NCBI GenBank assembly: GCA_012521175.1
Contig: JAAYMW010000036.1
Location: 1 to 60,653 of the forward strand
Reading direction: 5' to 3'
Length of the DNA: 60,653 nt
Origin: Candidatus Epulonipiscium sp.
GTDB taxonomy: Bacteria > Bacillota > Clostridia > Lachnospirales > Defluviitaleaceae
In this document: positions 41,251 to 49,747 of the stretch, piece by piece
Layout: the number at the start of each line of letters is the position of its first letter
Position numbering within the stretch: position 1 is the stretch's first letter
Made by a program: the position numbers and the translations under genes
Notes under the pieces: generated by a model
Database searches by the model: none
What the model saw: only the letters and a program-made list of their open reading frames with translations
Told to the model about the DNA's origin: nothing

Positions 41251-41301
41251 AAAAGGGACGGTTTTTGGTTAAAAAATCAAAAAGGACCGTCCTTTACTTT
41301 T
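41251..41301 (+). terminator. Intrinsic terminator after purL
   Basis: AAAGGGACGGT/ACCGTCCTTT stem with a T-rich tail. Confidence 0.65.
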
Positions 41302-41311
41302 GGTTGATTTT

Positions 41312-41384
41312 GATAATGAATTTCATTATTGACGCGTTGGTAAAATTATGATAACATCATTTTTAGGAATGATAATCAATATCA
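41312..41384 (+). promoter_or_regulatory. feo promoter with two Fur boxes
   Basis: GATAATGAATTTCATTATT (41312-41330), TTGACG-N17-TAACAT (41329-41357) and TGATAATCAATATCA (41370-41384). Confidence 0.85.
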
Positions 41385-41421
41385 ACATTTAGGTAGATGA
41401 ATAGTTATGGGAGGGATTTTC

Positions 41422-41631
41422 ATGTTATTGACCATGGCAAAACCAGGGGAAACCAATTACATAAAGAAAATTACTGGAAAAGATCAGGTACGTAAGTTTT
41501 TAGGCAGCCTGGGCTTTGTTGAGGGCGAGAGTGTAACGGTTGTTTCAGAAATAGGGGGAAATATGATTATCACCATTAAAGATACCCGAGTAGCATTGGA
41601 TAAAAAACTGGTTAACAGCATTTATGTTTAG
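41422..41631 (+). CDS. feoA: Ferrous iron transport protein A
   Basis: FLGSLGFVEGESV..RVALD FeoA pattern; ATG 41422 follows GGGAGGG. Confidence 0.9.
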   Translation: MLLTMAKPGETNYIKKITGKDQVRKFLGSLGFVEGESVTVVSEIGGNMIITIKDTRVALDKKLVNSIYV

Positions 41632-41641
41632 GAGGAGTACC

Positions 41642-41863
41642 ATGAAAACCTTGAGGACTGTAAAATGTGGGGAAACTGTCACCGTTGTAAAACTTCATGG
41701 GACAGGACCGGTTAAGAGAAGAATTATGGATATGGGCATTACTAAAGGAACTGAAATTTTTGTGAGAAAAGTTGCTCCCTTAGGAGACCCCATTGAAGTC
41801 AATGTCCGCAATTATGAATTAAGTTTACGGAAAGCCGATGCAGAAATGATAGAAGTTCAGTAG
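41642..41863 (+). CDS. feoA: Ferrous iron transport protein A (second copy)
   Basis: RRIMDMGITKG..APLGDPIE..LSLRK; ATG 41642 follows AGGAGG. Confidence 0.93.
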   Translation: MKTLRTVKCGETVTVVKLHGTGPVKRRIMDMGITKGTEIFVRKVAPLGDPIEVNVRNYELSLRKADAEMIEVQ

Positions 41864-41892
41864 GACTAACACAGTTATAGGAGGAATTAGAA

Positions 41893-44031
41893 ATGGGAAT
41901 TAAAATTGCGTTTGCCGGAAATCCCAATAGCGGTAAGACAACCATGTTCAACGGTTTAACGGGAAGTTCGCAGTATGTAGGAAACTGGCCAGGTGTAACA
42001 GTTGAAAAAAAGGAAGGTAGGTTAAAGGGGCAAAAAGATGTAGAGATCATAGACTTACCGGGTATTTATTCTCTTTCACCTTATACTTTGGAAGAGGTTG
42101 TTACAAGAAATTACCTCATTACAGAAAAGCCTGATGTGATTATTAATATTATAGACAGTACGAATATAGAAAGAAATCTTTATCTTACAACACAGCTTTT
42201 AGAAATTGGCATCCCGATGGTGTTGGCTCTTAATATGACCGATGTTCTGAAAAAGAACGGGGATACCATCGATGTACATAAATTGAGTAAATACATAGGA
42301 TGTGACATCATAGAAACTTCTGCCCTTAAAGGGGAAGGCTGTAAAGAAGCAGCTCAGAAGGCAGTGGAATTGGCTAAAAAGAATAAGAAAGTTACACCTC
42401 CTCAAATGTTTTCTGAAGAAGTTGAAAAAGTTCTTTCTGCTATTGCAGATGTCATAAAAGATACCGTAGAACAGGATAATCTGCGCTGGTTTGCCATCAA
42501 ACTTTTTGAGAGGGATCAAAAAGTGATGGAGCAGATGGGTTTGTCTCAGGATAAAAAAGAACAGATTGAGGCATTCATCGTACAATTAGAGGATGCATTG
42601 GATGACGACAGCGAAAGTATCATAACCAATGAACGCTATAATTATATCAGCGATATTGTTAATCAATGTGTATGCAAGAAAAATACTTCAAAAATGACCA
42701 CCTCCGATAAAATAGATACCATTGTTACAAACAGATTCTTAGCCTTGCCTATTTTTGTTGGCGTTATGTTTCTTGTATATTACCTGTCTGTAACAACTGT
42801 GGGAACCTGGGGCACAGATTGGGTAAATGACATACTGTTTGGAGAAATTATTCCTCCTGCAGTGGAGGGCTTTTTAACTTCTGTTGGTACAGCGGATTGG
42901 CTTACATCTTTAATCCTTGAGGGCGTTGTTGGCGGCGTAGGAGCGGTACTTGGATTTTTGCCGCAGATGCTTGTGCTCTTCTTTTTCCTTGCGATCTTAG
43001 AAGACTGTGGATATATGGCTCGTATCGCTTTTATTATGGATAGAATTTTCCGTAAGTTTGGCCTTTCCGGTAAATCCTTTATTCCAATTCTTATTGGAAC
43101 CGGCTGTGGTGTTCCGGGGGTTATGGCATCCCGTACCATAGAAAATGAACAAGACCGTAAAATGACCATTATAACGACAACATTTATTCCTTGTTCCGCT
43201 AAACTTCCGATTATTGCATTGATTGCCGGAGCTTTATTCCCTGAATCCGCCTGGGTTGCTCCATCCGCATATTTTGTGGGAATGGCTGCCATCATTACTT
43301 CAGGAATTATATTAAAGAAAACAAGAAGTTTTGCAGGAGAACCTGCTCCCTTTGTAATGGAACTGCCGCCATATCATGTTCCGGGAATTAAAAATGTACT
43401 GCTCCATATGTGGGACAGAGCAAAGTCCTTTATTAAAAAGGCCGGTACGATTATTTTTCTTGCTTCCGGTCTTGTATGGTTTTTAAGCTCATTTAATTGG
43501 TCAATGAAAATGGTAGATACGCCAGAATCTATATTGGCTTCAATCGGCAGTATAATTGCACCTCTGTTTACGCCTCTTGGCTGGGGAGACTGGCAGGCAG
43601 CGGTTGCAACGATTACAGGACTTATTGCAAAAGAAAATGTCGTTGGTACCTTTGGAATTTTATACGGATTTGCAGAAGTAGCAGAGGATGGCGCAGAAAT
43701 TTGGGGTAACCTTCAAGCTTCTTTCACAGCGCTTTCTGCATACTCTTTCTTAATCTTTAATTTATTATGTGCCCCCTGTTTTGCTGCTATCGGCGCAATA
43801 AGAAGAGAAATGGGCAATGCAAAATGGACATTGATTGCAGTAGGGTACCAAACAGGATTTGCTTATGTCGTTTCTTTACTCATTTATCAGTTGGGAATGT
43901 TATTTACAGGCCATGGCTTTGGTATTGGCACCATAATAGCTCTCATTCTTGCCGCAGCCTTCATTTATTTATTATTTAGGCCATATCAAGAAGCAGATAA
44001 ATTGTATCGCACCAAAGAAATCGGTGCATAG
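41893..44031 (+). CDS. feoB: Ferrous iron transport protein B
   Basis: GTPase motifs GNPNSGKT, VGNWPGVTVE and DLPGIYSL; membrane domain GCGVP, PFVMELP and PCFA. Confidence 0.97.
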   Translation: MGIKIAFAGNPNSGKTTMFNGLTGSSQYVGNWPGVTVEKKEGRLKGQKDVEIIDLPGIYSLSPYTLEEVVTRNYLITEKPDVIINIIDSTNIERNLYLTTQLLEIGIPMVLALNMTDVLKKNGDTIDVHKLSKYIGCDIIETSALKGEGCKEAAQKAVELAKKNKKVTPPQMFSEEVEKVLSAIADVIKDTVEQDNLRWFAIKLFERDQKVMEQMGLSQDKKEQIEAFIVQLEDALDDDSESIITNERYNYISDIVNQCVCKKNTSKMTTSDKIDTIVTNRFLALPIFVGVMFLVYYLSVTTVGTWGTDWVNDILFGEIIPPAVEGFLTSVGTADWLTSLILEGVVGGVGAVLGFLPQMLVLFFFLAILEDCGYMARIAFIMDRIFRKFGLSGKSFIPILIGTGCGVPGVMASRTIENEQDRKMTIITTTFIPCSAKLPIIALIAGALFPESAWVAPSAYFVGMAAIITSGIILKKTRSFAGEPAPFVMELPPYHVPGIKNVLLHMWDRAKSFIKKAGTIIFLASGLVWFLSSFNWSMKMVDTPESILASIGSIIAPLFTPLGWGDWQAAVATITGLIAKENVVGTFGILYGFAEVAEDGAEIWGNLQASFTALSAYSFLIFNLLCAPCFAAIGAIRREMGNAKWTLIAVGYQTGFAYVVSLLIYQLGMLFTGHGFGIGTIIALILAAAFIYLLFRPYQEADKLYRTKEIGA

Positions 44032-44043
44032 GAGGTGTTCTTA

Positions 44044-44184
44044 TTGGCAACATGGATTATTGGTTCAATTGTATTAGGTGGTTTTGCATGGGTCGGATAC
44101 AGGACATTTAAACAATTAAAAAGTGAAGGTGGTTGTTCCAGCGGCTGTTCCGGCTGCTCTCATTCCCATGAATGTGGGAAATGA
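44044..44184 (+). CDS. FeoB-associated Cys-rich membrane protein, 46 aa (not in the ORF track)
   Basis: TTG start after GGAGGTG. MATWIIGSIVLGGFAWVGYRTFKQLKSEGGCSSGCSGCSHSHECGK is a TM helix plus a Cys cluster. Confidence 0.88.
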   Translation: MATWIIGSIVLGGFAWVGYRTFKQLKSEGGCSSGCSGCSHSHECGK

Positions 44185-44229
44185 AAGTTTAAAAGGAACC
44201 AAAAAGAGCTTAAATATAGTTTAACCATT

Positions 44230-44266
44230 AAAAGTAGTCAAAGTTCTTGCTTTGACTACTTTTTTT
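44230..44266 (+). terminator. Intrinsic terminator of the feo operon
   Basis: AAAAGTAGTCAAAG/CTTTGACTACTTTT stem with T-tract. Confidence 0.85.
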
Positions 44267-44319
44267 GTGTTTATTATTCTATTTTTTTCAAATTTCTACA
44301 TAATTTTTGCTTATTTTCA

Positions 44320-44376
44320 TTGACAAGAAAAACTATAGGTATATAATGGAATTACAAGGTGAGTGAAAATTCACTC
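44320..44376 (+). promoter_or_regulatory. SigA promoter and TetR-type operator for chemosensory cluster 2
   Basis: TTGACA(44320)-N16-TATAAT(44342). Perfect palindrome GAGTGAA-AA-TTCACTC (44361-44376) just before the RBS. Confidence 0.72.
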
Positions 44377-44390
44377 TCAGGAGGGATCAA

Positions 44391-44972
44391 ATGATAAAGG
44401 GATTTCCGACAAGAAAAGACAGCATTATTTTAGCTGCAATAGAGATTATTAGTGAAAGTGGTATTCAAGGGTTATCGACTAAAAAGATAGCTGAAAAACA
44501 GGGGATATCCGAATCGATTTTATACAAACATTTTAATAAGCTTGATGACGTTTTGGTTGCAGTTATAGAATATTTTTCACAATTTGATTCCATGATTGCG
44601 AATACGGTTATCGAAAAAGATATTTCCTGCAAAGATAAGATTCTTGAATATATCAAGTCGTTTGTTGAATTATATGAAGCGTATCCTGCTCTTGCATGCA
44701 TCATTTTAAATTATGACGTCTTAATGCATTATGACCACACTCACCAAATGATAATAGACATCATTAATAACCGCTTAGGTTTTATTAATAAAGTGATCAA
44801 AATGGGGCAGGAAAAAGGTGAAATCAGTAATTATTACACATCCCAGGAATTAACGGATATTGTCAAAGGAATTATCTTTACGGTTACCTTACGATGGAAA
44901 ATGGCTGGTTATACGTTTCAACTCAAAGACAGAATTCTTTTAACCATAAAAAAGGTACTGGAGAACAGCTAG
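44391..44972 (+). CDS. TetR/AcrR family regulator (paralog of 4891..5493)
   Basis: STKKIAEKQGISESILYKHF HTH. It shares AV.E.FS..D, YP..A and L.W....F.L segments with the first TetR. Confidence 0.92.
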   Translation: MIKGFPTRKDSIILAAIEIISESGIQGLSTKKIAEKQGISESILYKHFNKLDDVLVAVIEYFSQFDSMIANTVIEKDISCKDKILEYIKSFVELYEAYPALACIILNYDVLMHYDHTHQMIIDIINNRLGFINKVIKMGQEKGEISNYYTSQELTDIVKGIIFTVTLRWKMAGYTFQLKDRILLTIKKVLENS

Positions 44973-45011
44973 TAAGCAGCCAATCAATATTCTTTAAATG
45001 GGGGATATATA

Positions 45012-45407
45012 ATGAGAATACTAATTGCTGAGGATGATTTTGTCAGCAGAAAATTTTTGTTTAAGGTTCTTTCTCAGTATGGGGAATGCGACATGACAGT
45101 GGATGGTATAGAAACCGTTGAGGCCTTTGCAATTGCCCTTGAGTCAGGCAATCCCTATGATTTATTATGCCTTGATATTATGATGCCAAAGATTGATGGG
45201 CTAAAGGCATTAAAGGCTATTCGAGAACTTGAAAGTAAAAAAAAGGTTAAAGATTCTAAGAGATGTAAAGTGATCATGATTAGTGCGCTTAGTGAAACGG
45301 AGGTTGAATTTGATTCTTTTAAAAGAGAATATGAAGTTTACAGAATAAAACCCGTAGATATAGAAGATATTGTAAATGCCATGAAAGAATTGAAGCTTTT
45401 AAGTTAA
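45012..45407 (+). CDS. Single-domain response regulator (paralog of 11350..11766)
   Basis: ILIAEDD..SR.FL...YGECD..VDG..PYDL.CLDIMMPKIDG is shared with the cluster 1 regulator. Confidence 0.9.
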   Translation: MRILIAEDDFVSRKFLFKVLSQYGECDMTVDGIETVEAFAIALESGNPYDLLCLDIMMPKIDGLKALKAIRELESKKKVKDSKRCKVIMISALSETEVEFDSFKREYEVYRIKPVDIEDIVNAMKELKLLS

Positions 45408-45460
45408 ACCATAGAAAATTCAAATAAATTGGACAAATATATATTTAGGGGGTACTACAT

Positions 45461-45814
45461 ATGAAAAGAGTATTAATTGTTGATGATGCGCAGTTTATTA
45501 GAGGCACTTTAAAACTTATGCTTGAAAAAAATGGGTTCGAAGTAGTAGGAGAAGCGGAAGATGGATATGAAGCAGTAAATATGTATATGGCGCTAAAGCC
45601 GGATATTGTAACGATGGATATCACTATGCCAGATATGGATGGAATTGAAGCCTTAAAAAAAATAAAAGAGTTTGATAAAGATGCGAATGTGGTTATGATT
45701 ACTGCTTTGGGTCAGGAAGCTTTTGTAAAAGAATCTATTATGTTGGGAGCTAAAGGCTTTATCGTAAAACCCTTTAAGGAGGATATAATCATAAAAGCAT
45801 TAAGCAAATTTTAA
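45461..45814 (+). CDS. cheY: CheY-like response regulator
   Basis: VLIVDDAQFIR, PDIVTMDITMPDMDG, MITALGQ and FIVKPF (Firmicute CheY type). Confidence 0.85.
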   Translation: MKRVLIVDDAQFIRGTLKLMLEKNGFEVVGEAEDGYEAVNMYMALKPDIVTMDITMPDMDGIEALKKIKEFDKDANVVMITALGQEAFVKESIMLGAKGFIVKPFKEDIIIKALSKF

Positions 45815-45829
45815 TTCGTACTTTCCCCT

Positions 45830-45906
45830 AATAATAGATACATTAAAGTCATTGAAGAAATCGATTATAAAGAAAACATATTCTTAATTGAAACAAATTG
45901 TTGAAA
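45830..45906 (+). pseudogene. Probable decayed cheW 3' relic
   Basis: Reads NNRYIKVIEEID..., then in a shifted frame LN*NKLLK. This parallels the cluster 1 CheW tail GNKYIKGIGKVG...LDCDKLLN at the same position upstream of the MCP. Confidence 0.45.
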
Positions 45907-45940
45907 ATATATACTAATTTTTCGGGGGGGATAACTCGGT

Positions 45941-47772
45941 ATGAAATGGTTTTATAATATGAAAATTGGTAAAAAATTAGTCTTAGCTTTTTTGCTGGTT
46001 TCTTTAATGCAGGTGTTATTGGAGTTATAGGGGTTTTAAATTTACGAAAAATTGCCGATTTAGATACTCAATTGTATGAATATCATACTGATTCGTTGGA
46101 CGAGTTGACAAGAATTATGCAGGATTATCAATTACAAAGGGTAGGATTAAGAGATCTAATAATTAATAAAGAGGCGTCCTTTAGAGAGGATAAATTATTG
46201 GAATTTGAAAATTTAGCTCAGAATATTGATAAAAATTTTTCTGTTTTTGAAGCAAATATTATAAGTGATGAAGTTAGAATCGCTTTTGAGGAGTTAAAAA
46301 AAGATATTTATGATTTTAGGGACTTCAAAGCTAAAATAACCAATTATATAAAATTAGGACAAGATGATTTAGCAATCAAGAGTTTATACACTGATGGAGT
46401 TGTGATTGCAGACGCAGTTCAAGATTCTATTGATAAATTATTGCAATTAAAAGTGGATATGGCGAGACAGGCTTCTGACAATAATGATGCGATTGCATAT
46501 TCATCAACCATAATAATGGTCAGTACTATTATTGTGGGAATTGGTATTGCTGTGCTCCTGGGGATATTTATATCCAGAACGATTAGCAATCCTGTAATCA
46601 AATTAATGAATGCTGCCAATAAACTTGCTCTTGGAGATATCAATGTGGATGTGCATGGAGAGACAAAGGATGAAATAGGGAATCTTATGGAATCCTTTAG
46701 TAAAATGGTTGAAAACATCAGAGAACAGGCATTAGCAGTCGAAAAAATAGCCAGTGGTGATTTAACTGTAGAAGTCAAGGTAAGATCAGAAAATGATATT
46801 CTTGGGAAAAAACTTTCAGAGATGATAGAAAAGAATAATGAGGTATTAAGTCATATTAATTCAGCTTCCGAGCAAGTAGCTGCCGCATCAAGGCAAGTTT
46901 CGGCATCCAGCCAGGCTTTGTCTCAGGGCTCAACGGAACAGGCAAGTTCTATTGAAGAGATTAATACTTCTATAGAAGAAATTGCTACACAAACTCAGCA
47001 GAATGCAGAAAACGCTGATCAAGCCAATGAGTTTGCCACACTTGTTAAGAGTAAGGCTGCAGAAGGCAATATACAAATGAAAGATATGTTATCAGCTATG
47101 ACAGAAATTAACGAGTCTTCAAATAATATTTCAAAAATTATAAAAGTAATAGACGATATTGCATTCCAAACCAATATTCTGGCATTAAATGCAGCAGTTG
47201 AAGCTGCCAGAGCAGGACAGCATGGAAAAGGCTTTGCAGTCGTAGCAGAAGAAGTAAGAAACTTAGCGGCCCGTTCTGCCGATGCTGCAAAAGAAACAAC
47301 TGCAATGATTGAAGAGTCTATCAAAAAAGTAAATGATGGAACAACTATAGCGAATAATACGGCAATGGCTTTAAATCAAATTGTAGAAGGGGTTACAAAG
47401 GTAGCAGATTTAGTAAAAGAAATTGCTATTGCTTCTAATGTACAAGCCTCTGGAATAACACAAGTCAGTCAAGCAATCAACCAGGTATCTCAAGTAGTTC
47501 AAACCAATTCAACTACTTCCGAAGAAAGTGCTGCTGCCAGTGAAGAACTATCTAGCCAGGCAGAACTTCTTAAAAATCTTGTTAATCAGTATAAATTAAA
47601 AAAGAGCAATTCTTATAAAAACAATTCTATTTCCTTGAGTCCTGAAATGCTGAAAATACTAAAAAATATGGGGGAAAAGGAAAGTCTTTTACACATTAAT
47701 GGAGAACATGATGAGGTTGCTGTTTCACAATCAAAAATAGATTTAAATGATAAAGATTTTGGCAAATATTAA
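45941..47772 (+). pseudogene. Methyl-accepting chemotaxis protein with a 1-nt frameshift in TM1 (C-terminal DFGKY)
   Basis: ATG 45941 gives [22 protein letters not shown] (the paralog begins [13 protein letters not shown]). Homology continues from 46009 as AGVIGVIG in the frame of ORF 46072..47772. Confidence 0.85.
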
Positions 47773-47837
47773 TTGTATTTATAAACAGAGGACTTTAAGT
47801 TCTCTGCTTTTCTTGATATTATGGAAAGGTGAAATTA

Positions 47838-48656
47838 ATGTTACATATTACAGAAAAAGAATTCAAAGAACTTTCGGAATATATGAAATGTTATTATGGC
47901 ATCTATCTAAAGCCTGAAAAAAAGAGTCTTGTTATGGGAAGGTTGCAAAATGTTCTTTCTCAAGGGCATTTTGACAGTTTTTCCAGCTATTTTGAGTACA
48001 TTTATTCAGATCAATCCGGAGAAGCTGTAAAGACTTTAATTAATAAACTAACCACTAATCATACTTTTTTTATGCGAGAAGCAGATCATTTTATATATTT
48101 TAAAGATAAGGTTCTTCCTTATCTTTCTTCTGTTGAAGCATCGAAAAAAGATCTAAGGATATGGAGTGCAGGATGTTCCAGTGGAGAGGAACCCTATACT
48201 TTGGTAATGATTATGGCGGATTATTTTGGAGATCGTAAAGGGCTTTGGGACACTAAGATCCTGGCAACGGATATATCTACTAAAGTCTTAGAAAAAGCCA
48301 TACAAGGAGTATATTCCAAAGAGAATATTTCTGTTCTCCCTAAACATTGGCAGTTCAATTATTTTAATCGCCTTAATGACAGGGAATATATTATTTCTGA
48401 TACAATCAAGAAAGAGGTAATTTTTAGAAGGTTTAACTTAAACAGCGCAACCTTTCCATTTAAAAATAAATTTCATGTGATTTTTTGCCGCAATGTTATG
48501 ATATACTTTGATTCTGAAACAAAAAGAAAATTGATTAATAAGTTTTATGAGATGACCGAACCAGGAGGATACTTATTTATTGGGCATTCAGAATCGATTA
48601 GTCGAGGTGAAGTAGGGTATAAATATATTATGCCTGCTGTTTATAGAAAGGAATAG
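47838..48656 (+). CDS. cheR: Chemotaxis methyltransferase CheR
   Basis: TTNHTFFMRE, RIWSAGCSSGEEPY, ATDIS, IFCRNVMIYF and GHSES motifs. Confidence 0.96.
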   Translation: MLHITEKEFKELSEYMKCYYGIYLKPEKKSLVMGRLQNVLSQGHFDSFSSYFEYIYSDQSGEAVKTLINKLTTNHTFFMREADHFIYFKDKVLPYLSSVEASKKDLRIWSAGCSSGEEPYTLVMIMADYFGDRKGLWDTKILATDISTKVLEKAIQGVYSKENISVLPKHWQFNYFNRLNDREYIISDTIKKEVIFRRFNLNSATFPFKNKFHVIFCRNVMIYFDSETKRKLINKFYEMTEPGGYLFIGHSESISRGEVGYKYIMPAVYRKE

Positions 48657-48662
48657 ATTATT

Positions 48663-49694
48663 TTGATCCAAAGAAAATTAAAAGTATTAATTGTTGATGA
48701 TTCTATTCTATTTAGGCAAACGCTTACAAAAGTCCTTTCAGAAGATGAAGGCATAGAAGTCGTTGCTACGGCGTCTGACCCCTATGATGCCAGAGATAAG
48801 ATTTTGCAGTATGAGCCCCATGTTATGACCTTGGATGTGGAAATGCCAAGGATGAATGGTATAGAATTTCTAAAAAAGCTTATGCCTCAGTATCCTCTTC
48901 CTACAGTTGTTGTAAGTTCTGAAATTGAAACTGCTTTTAATGCATTAAATGCCGGAGCAGTAGATTTTGTATCCAAGCCGCAACCGGGAGATATAAAAGC
49001 AAGAGAACAGTTTATTAAGGAATTAATTTTAAAAATAAAGATTGCAGCAACGGTAAAGACATTTAATAAAAAAACTGTTTTGGACAGAGATACTAGGATT
49101 ACATCTCCACTGCAGCAAAAACGAGATGTAAAGATAATTGCTATCGGTGCTTCTACTGGGGGAACTGAAGCCGTATACAGTATTTTAACTAAGCTTCCTC
49201 CAACGATACCTGGAATCGTCATTGTTCAGCATATGCCTCCGGGATTTACTAAAATGTATGCAGAAAGATTAAATCATTCCTGTTTATTAGATGTTAAAGA
49301 AGCAGAAACTGGAGATATTGTACTTCCGGGAAAAGTATTCATTGCTCCTGGAGGGTTTCAGATGAAGGTAAAGAAATTAGGCAGCCGATTTATGATTGAA
49401 TGCTTTAAAGGGGAGAAGGTTAACGGGCATTGCCCCTCGGTAGATGTACTGTTTCATTCTGTTGCCGAACAAGCAAGGAATAAAGCAATGGGAATTATTC
49501 TAACAGGGATGGGACATGACGGCGCAGAAGGACTTCTTGCTATGAAGAAGACAGGCTGTATCACTCTTGGGCAGGATGAAAAATCCTGTGTGGTTTATGG
49601 GATGCCCAAAGTAGCTTTTAATATAGGAGCAGTTCAAAAGCAAATACCATTAAATCATATGGCAGAAGCTATTTGTAAATTTGCTGTTTCATAG
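48663..49694 (+). CDS. cheB: Chemotaxis response regulator methylesterase CheB
   Basis: REC domain (TLDVEMP) plus GASTGG, VQHMP and LTGMGHDG catalytic motifs. Confidence 0.96.
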   Translation: MIQRKLKVLIVDDSILFRQTLTKVLSEDEGIEVVATASDPYDARDKILQYEPHVMTLDVEMPRMNGIEFLKKLMPQYPLPTVVVSSEIETAFNALNAGAVDFVSKPQPGDIKAREQFIKELILKIKIAATVKTFNKKTVLDRDTRITSPLQQKRDVKIIAIGASTGGTEAVYSILTKLPPTIPGIVIVQHMPPGFTKMYAERLNHSCLLDVKEAETGDIVLPGKVFIAPGGFQMKVKKLGSRFMIECFKGEKVNGHCPSVDVLFHSVAEQARNKAMGIILTGMGHDGAEGLLAMKKTGCITLGQDEKSCVVYGMPKVAFNIGAVQKQIPLNHMAEAICKFAVS

Positions 49695-49747
49695 TATTTG
49701 ATCCATTAGAAAAAACAGATTTGATTTCTATAGAGGAGAATGAGTCC

